A stretch of 64,000 nucleotides of DNA from NCBI GenBank assembly GCA_965205675.1, contig OZ242186.1, forward strand, positions 960,001-1,024,000, given 5' to 3'. Of this stretch, positions 31,191 through 41,498 are shown in pieces. The notes beneath the pieces were generated by a model, which did not search any database, had not been told where the DNA came from, and worked only from the letters and a program-made list of their open reading frames with translations. Both the position numbers and the translations under genes were made by a program. Origin of the DNA: Nitrosopumilus sp. GTDB taxonomy: Archaea > Thermoproteota > Nitrososphaeria > Nitrososphaerales > Nitrosopumilaceae. Each line of letters opens with the position of its first letter. The first letter of the stretch is position 1.

Positions 31191-31583
31191 TAGAATCATT
31201 TAATCTAGTTATTCTGCCAAACAAAAATGCAAGAAAAAAATCAGATATTATTGATCAGTATGTTGTGTTTGCAACAAATATTTCACCAAAAGAAATATCA
31301 TATAACATACAAAACATTCCAACTGACTACAAGAAACGTTGGGGGATTGAAACAGGCTATGCATGTGTGGGAAGGTTCAGACCAAAAACCACCAGTTCAA
31401 ACCAATCCATAAGATTGTTGTATTTCTACTATTCATTGATTTTGTACAATGCATGGATAATTGCTAATTTGATTATCTCAGAAGAAACTAATGTACAAAA
31501 TCACAAACCAATAATATCAATTGAAATTCTCAAATATTTCTTTGTAAAGATAATTATTCATTACTTTAGAAATAACAAAAATA

Positions 31584-32994
31584 GTAACTGTCTAGAGTTT
31601 TGAAGTACTTTCTTTAATATTTTTTATCTATATCTTTTCTGATCAGTGACAAATTACAATATACAATTGTCAGTATATGATGAGCTGGAATATTATCGTA
31701 ACAGATGTCACTCGCTGGAGCAAGAAAACCGTCAGTTACGCAAAGATATTGAATCACTACACAGAGAAATTGCAGAACTAAAACAAACAGTGTCTACACT
31801 TGTTGCAAGAAATATCAAAGCAAAACCAAACAAGACTGAAACTGCAAAAAAGAAGAAAACATCAAGACATCCTAGAAAAAGCAGAAGCAGACGGGCACAC
31901 ATTGATGATGCCATTACAGTTGACCAAAAAGAGTGCAACACATGTGGCAAATCACTCTCAGAACCAACTGATTCATACACCAGAATAGTAGAAGACATCA
32001 TTCCTGCAAAAGCAGTTGTGACAAAATATACGATAGTTAGACGATACTGCACAAACTGCAAAAAACAAATCTCGGGTAACATTCACACTGTACTGTCAAA
32101 TGAAAGGTTTGGAATTAGGCTCATGGTGCTAATCACATCACTAAAAACTATCGGATTATCGTATGGTAAAATATCTCATCTTTTGCAGATGCTCTTCTCA
32201 CTGCACATTACAGAATCTGCAATTAATCATGCAGTATCAATAGTATCAAAAGCATTTGGGAGCAGATATGATACAATGATTGTGGAGTTAAAAGAAGATC
32301 TAAACATACATGGTGATGAGACAAGTTGGAGGGTAGATGGCCAGAACCACTGGTTGTGGGCATTTGTGAGTAAATGGACTGTAATTTACGAGATTGACAA
32401 ATCACGTTCAATGGATGTTCCCAAGAGAATTCTCAAGGGATATGATGGCAACATTACAAGTGATTCGTACCCTGCATGGAACCATGTTGGAAGCACTCAC
32501 CAGAAATGTCACATCCATTATCTCAGAGAGGTTAATGATACCATTAATCACAAGAATCCCGGACCAGAATTTGCACCATTTGCCAAGAATCTCAAGAAAA
32601 TAATTTATGACTCTCATGGTGTGGCAAAAATAAAATCAGAATCAGAAAGAATCCATGCAAAAAAGAATCTTGAAAGGAGAATTAATCACATCATATCAAA
32701 AAAATACACAGAGAAAAACTGTATCAGGTTTGTAAAAAGATTGAAACGTGAGAGAAAAATGCTTTTTACATTCCTAATTACTGGAACTGATTCACACAAT
32801 AACACAGCAGAGAGGGCAATCAGACCAAATGTGATAATTCGTAAAATTACAAACGGTCATAGAACCATTCATGGTGCTGATTCTCATAAGATACTGATGA
32901 GTATAAAGGAGACATGCAGATTACGAGGATTAAACTTTCATGATTATTCTTTAGAATATCTTGGAGATTTTACTTCAAAACTCTAGACAGTTAC
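31584..32994 (+). mobile_element. IS66-family element (copy 3)
   Basis: TIRs; 8-bp TSD CAAAAATA at 31576-31583 and 32995-33002. Confidence 0.96.
31646..32986 (+). CDS. IS66 transposase (446-aa variant)
   Basis: As the other copies, plus the RKDIESL segment. Confidence 0.95.
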   Translation: MTNYNIQLSVYDELEYYRNRCHSLEQENRQLRKDIESLHREIAELKQTVSTLVARNIKAKPNKTETAKKKKTSRHPRKSRSRRAHIDDAITVDQKECNTCGKSLSEPTDSYTRIVEDIIPAKAVVTKYTIVRRYCTNCKKQISGNIHTVLSNERFGIRLMVLITSLKTIGLSYGKISHLLQMLFSLHITESAINHAVSIVSKAFGSRYDTMIVELKEDLNIHGDETSWRVDGQNHWLWAFVSKWTVIYEIDKSRSMDVPKRILKGYDGNITSDSYPAWNHVGSTHQKCHIHYLREVNDTINHKNPGPEFAPFAKNLKKIIYDSHGVAKIKSESERIHAKKNLERRINHIISKKYTEKNCIRFVKRLKRERKMLFTFLITGTDSHNNTAERAIRPNVIIRKITNGHRTIHGADSHKILMSIKETCRLRGLNFHDYSLEYLGDFTSKL

Positions 32995-33047
32995 CAAAAA
33001 TAATTATTTCCTAGAATGTGTAACTTGAGTTACTTTCCCATCTACTG

Positions 33048-33197
33048 GTTATTGAGAGTAGTGATAAAGGTGATTTGTATGGAATTGTCAACTTTAAGAC
33101 AAGATAGAAACAAGAGTTTGTTGTGGTATCTCAGAAATTATTTGAAATTAAATTCAATGAAAGATAAGATTTTGTTTGTAATTACGCAAGACGTCTA
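33048..33197 (+). mobile_element. Right-end remnant of an IS5/ISL2-like element
   Basis: GIVNFKTR* tail followed by TIR AATTACGCAAGACGTCTA. Confidence 0.65.
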
Positions 33198-34047
33198 GTG
33201 TTACCAATTGCTTTGCAGTCATACTGTAGGTGTCCATGATATGCTCCATCAAGGAAAGTATCTACAGAATCTTCATTATGATATTTCTGTACACCATAGA
33301 TATTGTAGACGGTTTCATCAGAACTGACCTCAAAATAGACATTTCCATGTTGAACTGTATTGGTTAAACATATTTTGGATTCAAAAAGCATGTCTCCATT
33401 CACAGGTACAAACCATACTTCTACATGAGATGTTCCAGGACCATATGTAAGATGCCCAACAGGACAACGTATAGGAACGTCAAATGGACTTGGAACGCAT
33501 GGAAATAATTTCCAGCTTGGTTTGATAAACTGATGTCGTCTGTATGAACATCAGTTATTGAAACTGGGTGTCCTTGTTCCTCAAAATGCTTTATTGATTG
33601 ATGATATTTGTTAAAATAATATCCAGAATCTTCAAAGGTTTTATCTTGTGGTCCTACACCAAATTCTTCTAATTGACTTAGAATCTCGTCATATTGTATT
33701 TTGAGTTCTTCCAATTGTTGCTCATCAGTAGTTAATTTGATTTGTATTGTTAGTTGACTTGCTTCAATTAGCAGTTGGTTTCTGGCCAATTCGTATGCGT
33801 TTTGAGCAGTGATAAACTCATTTGTATTTTGGATGTATGTTTCCTGTTCAGTAGATGTCATGTTTTGGTAACTAGATTCTAGTTTTAACAAGTCGATATA
33901 TGCATCATTATTGCCTACTGCACCTATTTCACCATTAAATTCTTCTTCACCTGGTATTTGTGCAAATACCGATCCTCCTGGAATCAATAAGACTGCCATC
34001 AGGACAGGTATTGCGTATTGAATTTTTTGCATAGTTCTCGTGATCAC
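33198..34047 (-). pseudogene. Secreted/surface protein, broken into two ORFs and truncated by an IS end
   Basis: Signal-peptide-like YAIPVLMAVLLIPGGSVFA; ORFs 33421-34047 and 33182-33403. Confidence 0.6.
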
Positions 34048-34474
34048 GATCTTAGGCTTTGTTAATAAATCGGATCATGATTTTGTGATCAAAAAATTAA
34101 TCTCTTTTTGGCACGGATGTGGTAAATTCTAGTGATCTGTGTAACATAACGTGAAATATGGATCTTCTCCAAATTGGACTTGATAATTTCTATAGATAAT
34201 TTGGAAGAAATTATCTAAATAGAACCCTGCTGGTAAATTTTGGTGATCCTTGGAATAAGTTGAATCTGAAAAATAATTTGCTTATACTTTTTTCAAAAAA
34301 TCTTCTTTCTTGATTTCTGCAAGTGATTAAATACCAAAAATGGTTCCAATCTTCACATCTTTGTGCAACGGAATTACTGTAACTATTTTTCTACCGTTTA
34401 GAAATCTATGCAGAACAACATGACTTCCTCTCTGACGAGAGACTTGAAAATCAAAGTTGTCGACAAGAATTTTT

Positions 34475-35885
34475 GTAACTGTCTAGAGTTTTGAAGTACT
34501 TTCTTTAATATTTTTTATCTATATCTTTTCTGATCAGTGACAAATTACAATATACAATTGTCAGTATATGATGAGCTGGAATATTATCGTAACAGATGTC
34601 ACTCGCTGGAGCAAGAAAACCGTCAGTTACGCAAAGATATTGAATCACTACACAGAGAAATTGCAGAACTAAAACAAACAGTGTCTACACTTGTTGCAAG
34701 AAATATCAAAGCAAAACCAAACAAGACTGAAACTGCAAAAAAGAAGAAAACATCAAGACATCCTAGAAAAAGCAGAAGCAGACGGGCACACATTGATGAT
34801 GCCATTACAGTTGACCAAAAAGAGTGCAACACATGTGGCAAATCACTCTCAGAACCAACTGATTCATACACCAGAATAGTAGAAGACATCATTCCTGCAA
34901 AAGCAGTTGTGACAAAATATACGATAGTTAGACGATACTGCACAAACTGCAAAAAACAAATCTCGGGTAACATTCACACTGTACTGTCAAATGAAAGGTT
35001 TGGAATTAGGCTCATGGTGCTAATCACATCACTAAAAACTATCGGATTATCGTATGGTAAAATATCTCATCTTTTGCAGATGCTCTTCTCACTGCACATT
35101 ACAGAATCTGCAATTAATCATGCAGTATCAATAGTATCAAAAGCATTTGGGAGCAGATATGATACAATGATTGTGGAGTTAAAAGAAGATCTAAACATAC
35201 ATGGTGATGAGACAAGTTGGAGGGTAGATGGCCAGAACCACTGGTTGTGGGCATTTGTGAGTAAATGGACTGTAATTTACGAGATTGACAAATTACGTTC
35301 AATGGATGTTCCCAAGAGAATTCTCAAGGGATATGATGGCAACATTACAAGTGATTCGTACCCTGCATGGAACCATGTTGGAAGCACTCACCAGAAATGT
35401 CACATCCATTATCTCAGAGAGGTTAATGATACCATTAATCACAAGAATCCCGGACCAGAATTTGCACCATTTGCCAAGAATCTCAAGAAAATAATTTATG
35501 ACTCTCATGGTGTGGCAAAAATAAAATCAGAATCAGAAAGAATCCATGCAAAAAAGAATCTTGAAAGGAGAATTAATCACATCATATCAAAAAAATACAC
35601 AGAGAAAAACTGTATCAGGTTTGTAAAAAGATTGAAACGTGAGAGAAAAATGCTTTTTACATTCCTAATTACTGGAACTGATTCACACAATAACACAGCA
35701 GAGAGGGCAATCAGACCAAATGTGATAATTCGTAAAATTACAAACGGTCATAGAACCATTCATGGTGCTGATTCTCATAAGATACTGATGAGTATAAAGG
35801 AGACATGCAGATTACGAGGATTAAACTTTCATGATTATTCTTTAGAATATCTTGGAGATTTTACTTCAAAACTCTAGACAGTTAC
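34475..35885 (+). mobile_element. IS66-family element (copy 4)
   Basis: TIRs; 8-bp TSD GAATTTTT. Confidence 0.96.
34537..35877 (+). CDS. IS66 transposase (446 aa)
   Basis: One residue different from copy 3. Confidence 0.95.
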   Translation: MTNYNIQLSVYDELEYYRNRCHSLEQENRQLRKDIESLHREIAELKQTVSTLVARNIKAKPNKTETAKKKKTSRHPRKSRSRRAHIDDAITVDQKECNTCGKSLSEPTDSYTRIVEDIIPAKAVVTKYTIVRRYCTNCKKQISGNIHTVLSNERFGIRLMVLITSLKTIGLSYGKISHLLQMLFSLHITESAINHAVSIVSKAFGSRYDTMIVELKEDLNIHGDETSWRVDGQNHWLWAFVSKWTVIYEIDKLRSMDVPKRILKGYDGNITSDSYPAWNHVGSTHQKCHIHYLREVNDTINHKNPGPEFAPFAKNLKKIIYDSHGVAKIKSESERIHAKKNLERRINHIISKKYTEKNCIRFVKRLKRERKMLFTFLITGTDSHNNTAERAIRPNVIIRKITNGHRTIHGADSHKILMSIKETCRLRGLNFHDYSLEYLGDFTSKL

Positions 35886-35914
35886 GAATTTTTACTATTT
35901 TATTTCCTGCAAGT

Positions 35915-36124
35915 CTAGGGAATTTCGACACTGGACATCCCAACCATATCCATATTTTGTATGGTATTTTTTACATCTGGCATTTCTTCAAGATAAAGGC
36001 CTACTGCCTCTTTGATGTTTGTTAATGCTTCTTCTATGGTGGAACCCTGTGTAGTCACTCCTGTGGACGCTTCCTTTATCACGTACGTGTCATCTTCTCT
36101 CCAAAATATTGTCTGTAATTTCAT
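35915..36124 (-). CDS. hicB: HicB-family antitoxin
   Basis: GVTTQGSTIEEALTNIKEAVGLYLE; overlaps the hicA start. Confidence 0.88.
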   Translation of the reverse strand: MKLQTIFWREDDTYVIKEASTGVTTQGSTIEEALTNIKEAVGLYLEEMPDVKNTIQNMDMVGMSSVEIP

Positions 36125-36457
36125 ATCTTTTTTTAGAAGTCAAATGATTTTAATCTTTTTGGTTTGATTGTTCATGCTCTATTATCCTCAAATTAGTTCA
36201 CCCCATCATTTCCAGACTAAAGTCAAGATACGTTTGGAAAAGAGGAAAGAATCACAAGATTATGCAAAAGTTAGATCCAATCCAGATATCCTGGATAATC
36301 AAGTCAAAAGAGGATGGTGCCAAGAACGCAGACGTAGCCTCATCCATGAAGATATCTGTTCGGTGGGTGCAGAAACTCTACTCACGGTATCGCCGTACTG
36401 GTGCAATTCCGATTCTAGGCAAGCCTGGAAGGCCAAAGGGAATAACTATAACCATAT

Positions 36458-37550
36458 GTGCCAAAATCAGCTAGGAAATTAGATGGTACTTGCATTCGTA
36501 TCAAGAAAGTAAGAAATGCAAACAAACACACTACCCTTCCTGAAAAAAAATATTTGATGTTTGTAGGATTGGATGTTCACAAGAACTCTGTACAGGTGGC
36601 AGCAGTAGATGAGATTGGCAAATTATTATTTAACAAAAAGATTTCCAGTGATTTTTCTGCTATTAGCAAAATTACATCCAAAATTCCAAAGAACGCAAAA
36701 TATGTTTTAGAGTCATCATCTGTCTGGTATGGCCTTTATAGACACATGACAGACAAATTACATCTTGATGTTATACTATCTAATCCATACAACACAAAGA
36801 TAATAGCATCATCACTCAAAAAGACTGATAAAATTGATGCGTACCATCTTGCAAATTTGCTACGAGGAGGGATACATTGCAGAATCATTTGTGCCAGATC
36901 ACACAATTGTGCAATACAGACAGCTTGTAAGACATCGACACAAGATTGTGCGCATCATTGTAAAGATGAAGAATTCCATACATGGTATTACACTACAGGA
37001 GGGAATCCATATCAAAGCAACACCATTTTCCTCAGAACACATACGTGCACTTGGAAAATTGGAGAGTTATAGAATAGATTCGTACCTACAAAGCATAAAA
37101 TTTCACAAAAAGGAGGTTGCAAAGATAGATTCCATGATACGTCGCATGGTAAATGATAATTCTGATGTGTGTATTTTGACATCAATACCTGGAGTTGGAC
37201 CATACACTGCATTGAGCATATTCTCAGAAATTGCAGAGATTAGTAGATTTTCAAATTCTCACAAGTTATGTGCATATGCAGGGATTGTTCCATCGGTGAG
37301 AAATTCTGCAGATACAATACATCACGGAAGAATTACAAAGAGAGGAAGCACCATGCTAAGATGGTTGCTAGTGGAGGCAATTCATGCACATGTTAGATAC
37401 GCACCAGATAGCGACATTACAAAATTTTATAATCGCATTAAGAAAAAGAGAGGGACCTCAAAGGCAGCAGTTGCTGCTGCATCAAAGTTATTGCGTGTCA
37501 TATATTGGATGCTAAAAGAGAGGAGAGAATTTGTTCAATGTCATCAATAA
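36458..37550 (+). pseudogene. IS110 DEDD recombinase, frameshifted near 36870
   Basis: FVGLDVHK, LESS, KKTDKIDA; then SIPGVG, AYAGIVPSVRNSA, GRITKRG, LRWLLVEA in another frame. Confidence 0.9.
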
Positions 37551-37565
37551 TTTGTAAAACATTAC

Positions 37566-37781
37566 AGTTAGGAGTTTGGCCGCGTTTTCACATTGAGGAT
37601 GCATAATACCTCGAAACTATAACCGCGGTTTCACCTAATAAATGGATGAAGATGGTACTGGGGGAGAACCCCGAATGGATATGTGTCTGGTTTCATCTGT
37701 GATTGAAAGTATGAGTGTATTAGCGTAAGCTGTAATTAATATGGCAAAAATACCGACAATAGTTAAAAGGGATTCACATGG
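37566..37781 (+). ncRNA. Candidate IS110 bridge/seekRNA 1
   Basis: Nested stems (TTAGG/CCTAA, CCGCG/CGCGG, GAGG/CCTC; GATGAA/TTCATC, GGGG/CCCC; AGC-GTAA-GCT) conserved with 38894-39100; short matches to flank and junction. Confidence 0.65.
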
Positions 37782-37785
37782 ATAT

Positions 37786-38899
37786 GTGAATAAGAAAGCA
37801 AGGAAATCAGATAGCATAAAAAATGAATCTAGTTCCAAGGTTCGTAAATACTCGGCTCCAAAAAAGATTACAAACAAACAGATTAGAAAAAATCCAAAGA
37901 AAGGCATGTTTGTGGGCATTGACCTGCACAAGAAGTTTCTTCAAGTAATAAATGGATGATGCAGGCAAAGTATTACAAAATGACAAAGTGGATAACACGC
38001 ATGAATCCATAAAAAAGCATTTTGCAAAAATACCAATTTCTGCAAATATTGTAATGGAATCCTCATCAGTCTGGTATGACACGTATCGATTTCTCACAGA
38101 TACTTTGGGATACAAAAACGTCACACTCTCAAACCCATATTTGACAAAGGCAATTGCTACATCAAAAAAGAAAACAGACAAGATTGATGCCAAGATATTG
38201 GCAGATCTTTTACGAGGAGGATACATTGCCACATGTTATGTTCCAGACAAAAAGATTGTACAACAAAGACAGCTTGTAAGATATAGGAAAAAACTAATCC
38301 AATGGAGAACATCTGTCAAGAATTCAGTTCATGGAATATTGTTACAAGAAGGAATCAAGATTCCAGGAGTTACATTCACTGAAACATACAACAGAAGACT
38401 CAAGGCACTAGGAGATTACAGAATAGACGGATTCTTGCAACAAATCAGCCACCTTAATTTACAGATTGCAGAGATTAATTCCAAAGTGTATGCTGCTGTA
38501 AAAGTTAATCCTGATGCAATTTTGATAAACTCGATTCCAAGAATTGGGCATTATTCTTCGCTTGTCATTGCATCAGAGATTGCAGATATTGAAAGATTCA
38601 ATGATTCCCACAAACTGTGTGCATATGCAGGAGTTGTACCATCAGTTAGAAACTCTGCAGATACAATACACCATGGCAGAATAACAAAAAGGGGAAGCAT
38701 GACATTGAGATGGGTTCTAACAGAATGCATACACACTCATGCAATTCATGCCAAAGACAGTGACATTACAAAATTTTACAATCGCATTAAAAAGAAAAGA
38801 GGATCATCCAAAGCTGCAGTAGCTGGTGCATCAAAGATCCTGAGGGTGATTTATTGGATGTTAAAGGAGAGGAGAGAATTTGTACAAAATTATAGTTAG
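37786..38899 (+). pseudogene. IS110 DEDD recombinase, frameshifted near 37950
   Basis: GTG start; FVGIDLHK in the first frame, MESS, KKTDKIDA, AYAGVVPSVRNSA in the second. Confidence 0.9.
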
Positions 38900-39100
38900 G
38901 ACTGCAAGTCGCGTTGTAATTATTGAGGGACAAGGCCTCGTCTAATAACTGCGAACAATCCTAACTAGGATGAAGATAGCATTGAGAGAATAGTCTCGTA
39001 TGGATACATGTCTGCCATCTTTTGATTGAAACCATTCTCTAGCGAAAGCCATGCCCTGATGTATGGAAAGAAAGGAAATGTATAAAAACAATTCACATGG
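38894..39100 (+). ncRNA. Candidate IS110 bridge/seekRNA 2
   Basis: Same scaffold as RNA 1 with compensatory stem changes (GAGA/TCTC for GGGG/CCCC; GAAA for GTAA tetraloop) and different loop sequences. Confidence 0.65.
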
Positions 39101-39537
39101 ATAATTACATAAAATTAGTTTGGGGGTAATAGGTTTACAATCACCTAAAATAAAACTCTAAATTTTATGCGCCAGTTCTGTACAAAGTTACCATACAATA
39201 TGCTATTTCTTCAACAAAACGTTCATCTTCACTAACTGAAGCATATTTTGTAGCATTATTCCAAAAAGATGGTTTTTTAGTATGATTTTCTATGAATAGT
39301 TCGCTCAATACTTTTCATCATACTTTGATCGGATAATCATTCACCTCAATCAAAATTAACCTATTGCTAAAACAGATACACTTTACTTTGTTTTCAGCAT
39401 TGTTTATTTGAGATACAGGCAGAATGATTCACAAAGATGAAGGTTTGGATTATAATTTCCAGGACGCCCAAAAATTAGGATTAATTATGCCCAAGTCTCA
39501 ATTATTTACGAAAAATCCAACATTGCATCATTTTATT

Positions 39538-40722
39538 CTAGTCGTATTTGTTCAGATAATTTTGTACTTCTTCAATGTCTTTATCTCCTCGCCCTGAAAG
39601 AGTTACAACTATGTTTTCTGATCTTTTACTCTTTCTTGCAACTTTAATTGCTTCTGCAATTGCATGTGATGATTCTAAAGCTGGAATGATTCCTTCTGTC
39701 TTTGTTAATATTAAAAATGCATCAATCACTTCTGCATCTGTTGCTGCATGATATTTTACTCGTTTAGTATCTTTATAGTATGAATGCTCTGGACCGACTC
39801 CGGGATAATCTAATCCTGCTGAAATACTATGCGTCTCTGTAACTTGTCCTTCTTTATCTTGAAGTAGATATGTCATCATGCCGTGTAATACCCCTTTACT
39901 TCCAGATGACAGTGTAGCTGAATGCATCTTGGATTTTAATCCATGACCTGCAGCTTCTACGCCAATAATTTCAGAATTTGAATCAATTAATGGATAAAAC
40001 GTGCCGATCGCATTTGACCCTCCGCCAACACATGCAATTACTGTATCTGGTGTTTTATTGTTAATTTGTTTCATCTGTATCTTTATCTCATTTCCAATTA
40101 CACTCTGGAAATCTCTGACCATTACTGGATATGGATGAGGGCCTACTGCTGATCCTAACAAATAGTATGTATTCTCCACATTTGTTATCCAATCTCGAAT
40201 TGCCTCATTAATTGCATCTTTGAGTGTTTTTGAGCCGGATTTTACTGGATGTACCTTACACCCAAGCACATTCATTCGAAATACATTTTGTTTTTGTCTT
40301 ACTGTGTCTCTATATCCCATGTATACTTCGGCCTTTAGACCTAATGCGGCACAGGCCATGGCAGTTGCAACACCATGTTGCCCCGCACCTGTTTCTGCAA
40401 TGATTCTTTTTTTGTTCATTTTTTTTGCAAGTAATGCTTGACCTAGGGTATTGTTAATTTTATGAGCTCCTCCGTGTAGCAGATCTTCTCGTTTAAGGTA
40501 AATTTTAGCACCGCCTAATTTCTTAGAAAGATTTTCTGCATAGTATAATGGTGTTGGTCTTCCTGCATAGATTTTAAGATAATACTCTAACTCTTTTTTG
40601 AATTTCTCATTGTTTTTAATCTTGAGATAATTTTCTTCTAATTCTTCAATTGCTGGCATTAGTGTTTCAGGAATGTATCTTCCGCCAAATTCTCCAAATC
40701 TGCCATTTTTAGGATATTTCAA
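39538..40722 (-). CDS. trpB: Tryptophan synthase beta chain
   Basis: [51 protein letters not shown]. Confidence 0.98.
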   Translation of the reverse strand: MKYPKNGRFGEFGGRYIPETLMPAIEELEENYLKIKNNEKFKKELEYYLKIYAGRPTPLYYAENLSKKLGGAKIYLKREDLLHGGAHKINNTLGQALLAKKMNKKRIIAETGAGQHGVATAMACAALGLKAEVYMGYRDTVRQKQNVFRMNVLGCKVHPVKSGSKTLKDAINEAIRDWITNVENTYYLLGSAVGPHPYPVMVRDFQSVIGNEIKIQMKQINNKTPDTVIACVGGGSNAIGTFYPLIDSNSEIIGVEAAGHGLKSKMHSATLSSGSKGVLHGMMTYLLQDKEGQVTETHSISAGLDYPGVGPEHSYYKDTKRVKYHAATDAEVIDAFLILTKTEGIIPALESSHAIAEAIKVARKSKRSENIVVTLSGRGDKDIEEVQNYLNKYD

Positions 40723-41498
40723 TACGCATTCACCATTTTTTTTACTTGTTCTTCAATGTTGTCACTTTGCATTATACTTGAACCTATCAAAAAAGCATCA
40801 GCTCCGCATTTTTTTAAATATTGTATGTCTTCTGGCGTATTAATTCCACTTTCGGATATTATGGGTCTTGATTTAGTTGTTTTAGAAAGTATGGCTTTTG
40901 TGGTTTTAAGATCAATCTCTAACGTGTCCAGATCTCTATTATTTATCCCAATCAAATCGGCTTTTGTTTCTAATGCATTTTTTAATTCTTGTTTTGTATG
41001 TACTTCAAGTAAAATCCGTAACCCTTGTTTGTGACCATATTCTATGAATTCATCAATATCTGCAAGAAATTTCTGATCATACAATGACTGAATCACTAGC
41101 ATATAGTCTGCGCCCATTTTTTTTGCAGCGTCAATTTGGATTTTATCAATCATGATGTCTTTCATTAACATTGGAATATCGACTGCCATCCTTACCTTCA
41201 TAAAATACTCTGGCGAGCCATAAAATAGATGGGGTTGAGTCAAAACTGAGAGTGCTTTTGAACCTCCCAGAATCATCTGATTTGCAATGCTAACTGGATC
41301 TGTTAATGTTCTAATCTTGCCTAGTGATGGGGATGCAAATTTTATTTCTGTAAGTAGTGTTGCATGAGGATTTGTTTTAATGATATGAAGAAAGTCTCTG
41401 CTTGATTTTTGTAGATTTGCTTTAATTTCATACACTCCGTCGTCTATTGCTATTTGTGAATTGTTTACAAGTTTTCGTAGAATATTTTCAGCCATCAT
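40719..41498 (-). CDS. trpC: Indole-3-glycerol phosphate synthase
   Basis: [34 protein letters not shown]. Confidence 0.96.
   Translation of the reverse strand: MMAENILRKLVNNSQIAIDDGVYEIKANLQKSSRDFLHIIKTNPHATLLTEIKFASPSLGKIRTLTDPVSIANQMILGGSKALSVLTQPHLFYGSPEYFMKVRMAVDIPMLMKDIMIDKIQIDAAKKMGADYMLVIQSLYDQKFLADIDEFIEYGHKQGLRILLEVHTKQELKNALETKADLIGINNRDLDTLEIDLKTTKAILSKTTKSRPIISESGINTPEDIQYLKKCGADAFLIGSSIMQSDNIEEQVKKMVNAY

Larger units (their letters stand above)
29217..33047 (+). mobile_element. ISH3-like element copy 2, both ends present, containing nested IS630 and IS66
   Basis: TIR CAGTAGATGGGAAAGTAACTCAA at 29217 and TTGAGTTACTTTCCCATCTACTG ending 33047; transposase in pieces (29320-29634, 29543-30004, 31193-31583); no TSD. 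Confidence 0.9.
34282..35931 (-). pseudogene. hicA: HicA toxin split by IS66, with a premature stop
   Basis: IS removal gives VSKFPRLAGNKIVKILVDNFDFQVSRQRGSHVVL...VIPLHKDVKIGTIFGI*SLAEIKKEDF (GSH motif). Confidence 0.85.
36456..37781 (+). mobile_element. IS110-family element 1
   Basis: Starts ATGTG after core AT (36454-36455); ends ATTCACATGG; long non-coding right end. Confidence 0.8.
37784..39100 (+). mobile_element. IS110-family element 2, abutting element 1
   Basis: Junction ATTCACAT-GGAT-ATGTGAAT (sub-terminal IRs around core AT); ends ATTCACATGG|AT. Confidence 0.82.
36169..39139 (+). mobile_element. Internally deleted IS481-like element hosting two IS110 insertions
   Basis: HTH fragment 36262-36453 (ISVRWVQKLYSRYRRTG...PGRP); similar inverted ends CTATTATCCTCAAATTAGTT versus reverse complement of AAATTAGTTTGGGGGTAATAG. 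Confidence 0.55.

Noticed and set aside
37741-37959. 72-aa ORF starting at ATG 37741
   Set aside because: The first 15 codons lie in the right end of IS110 element 1; the homologous start is GTG 37786.
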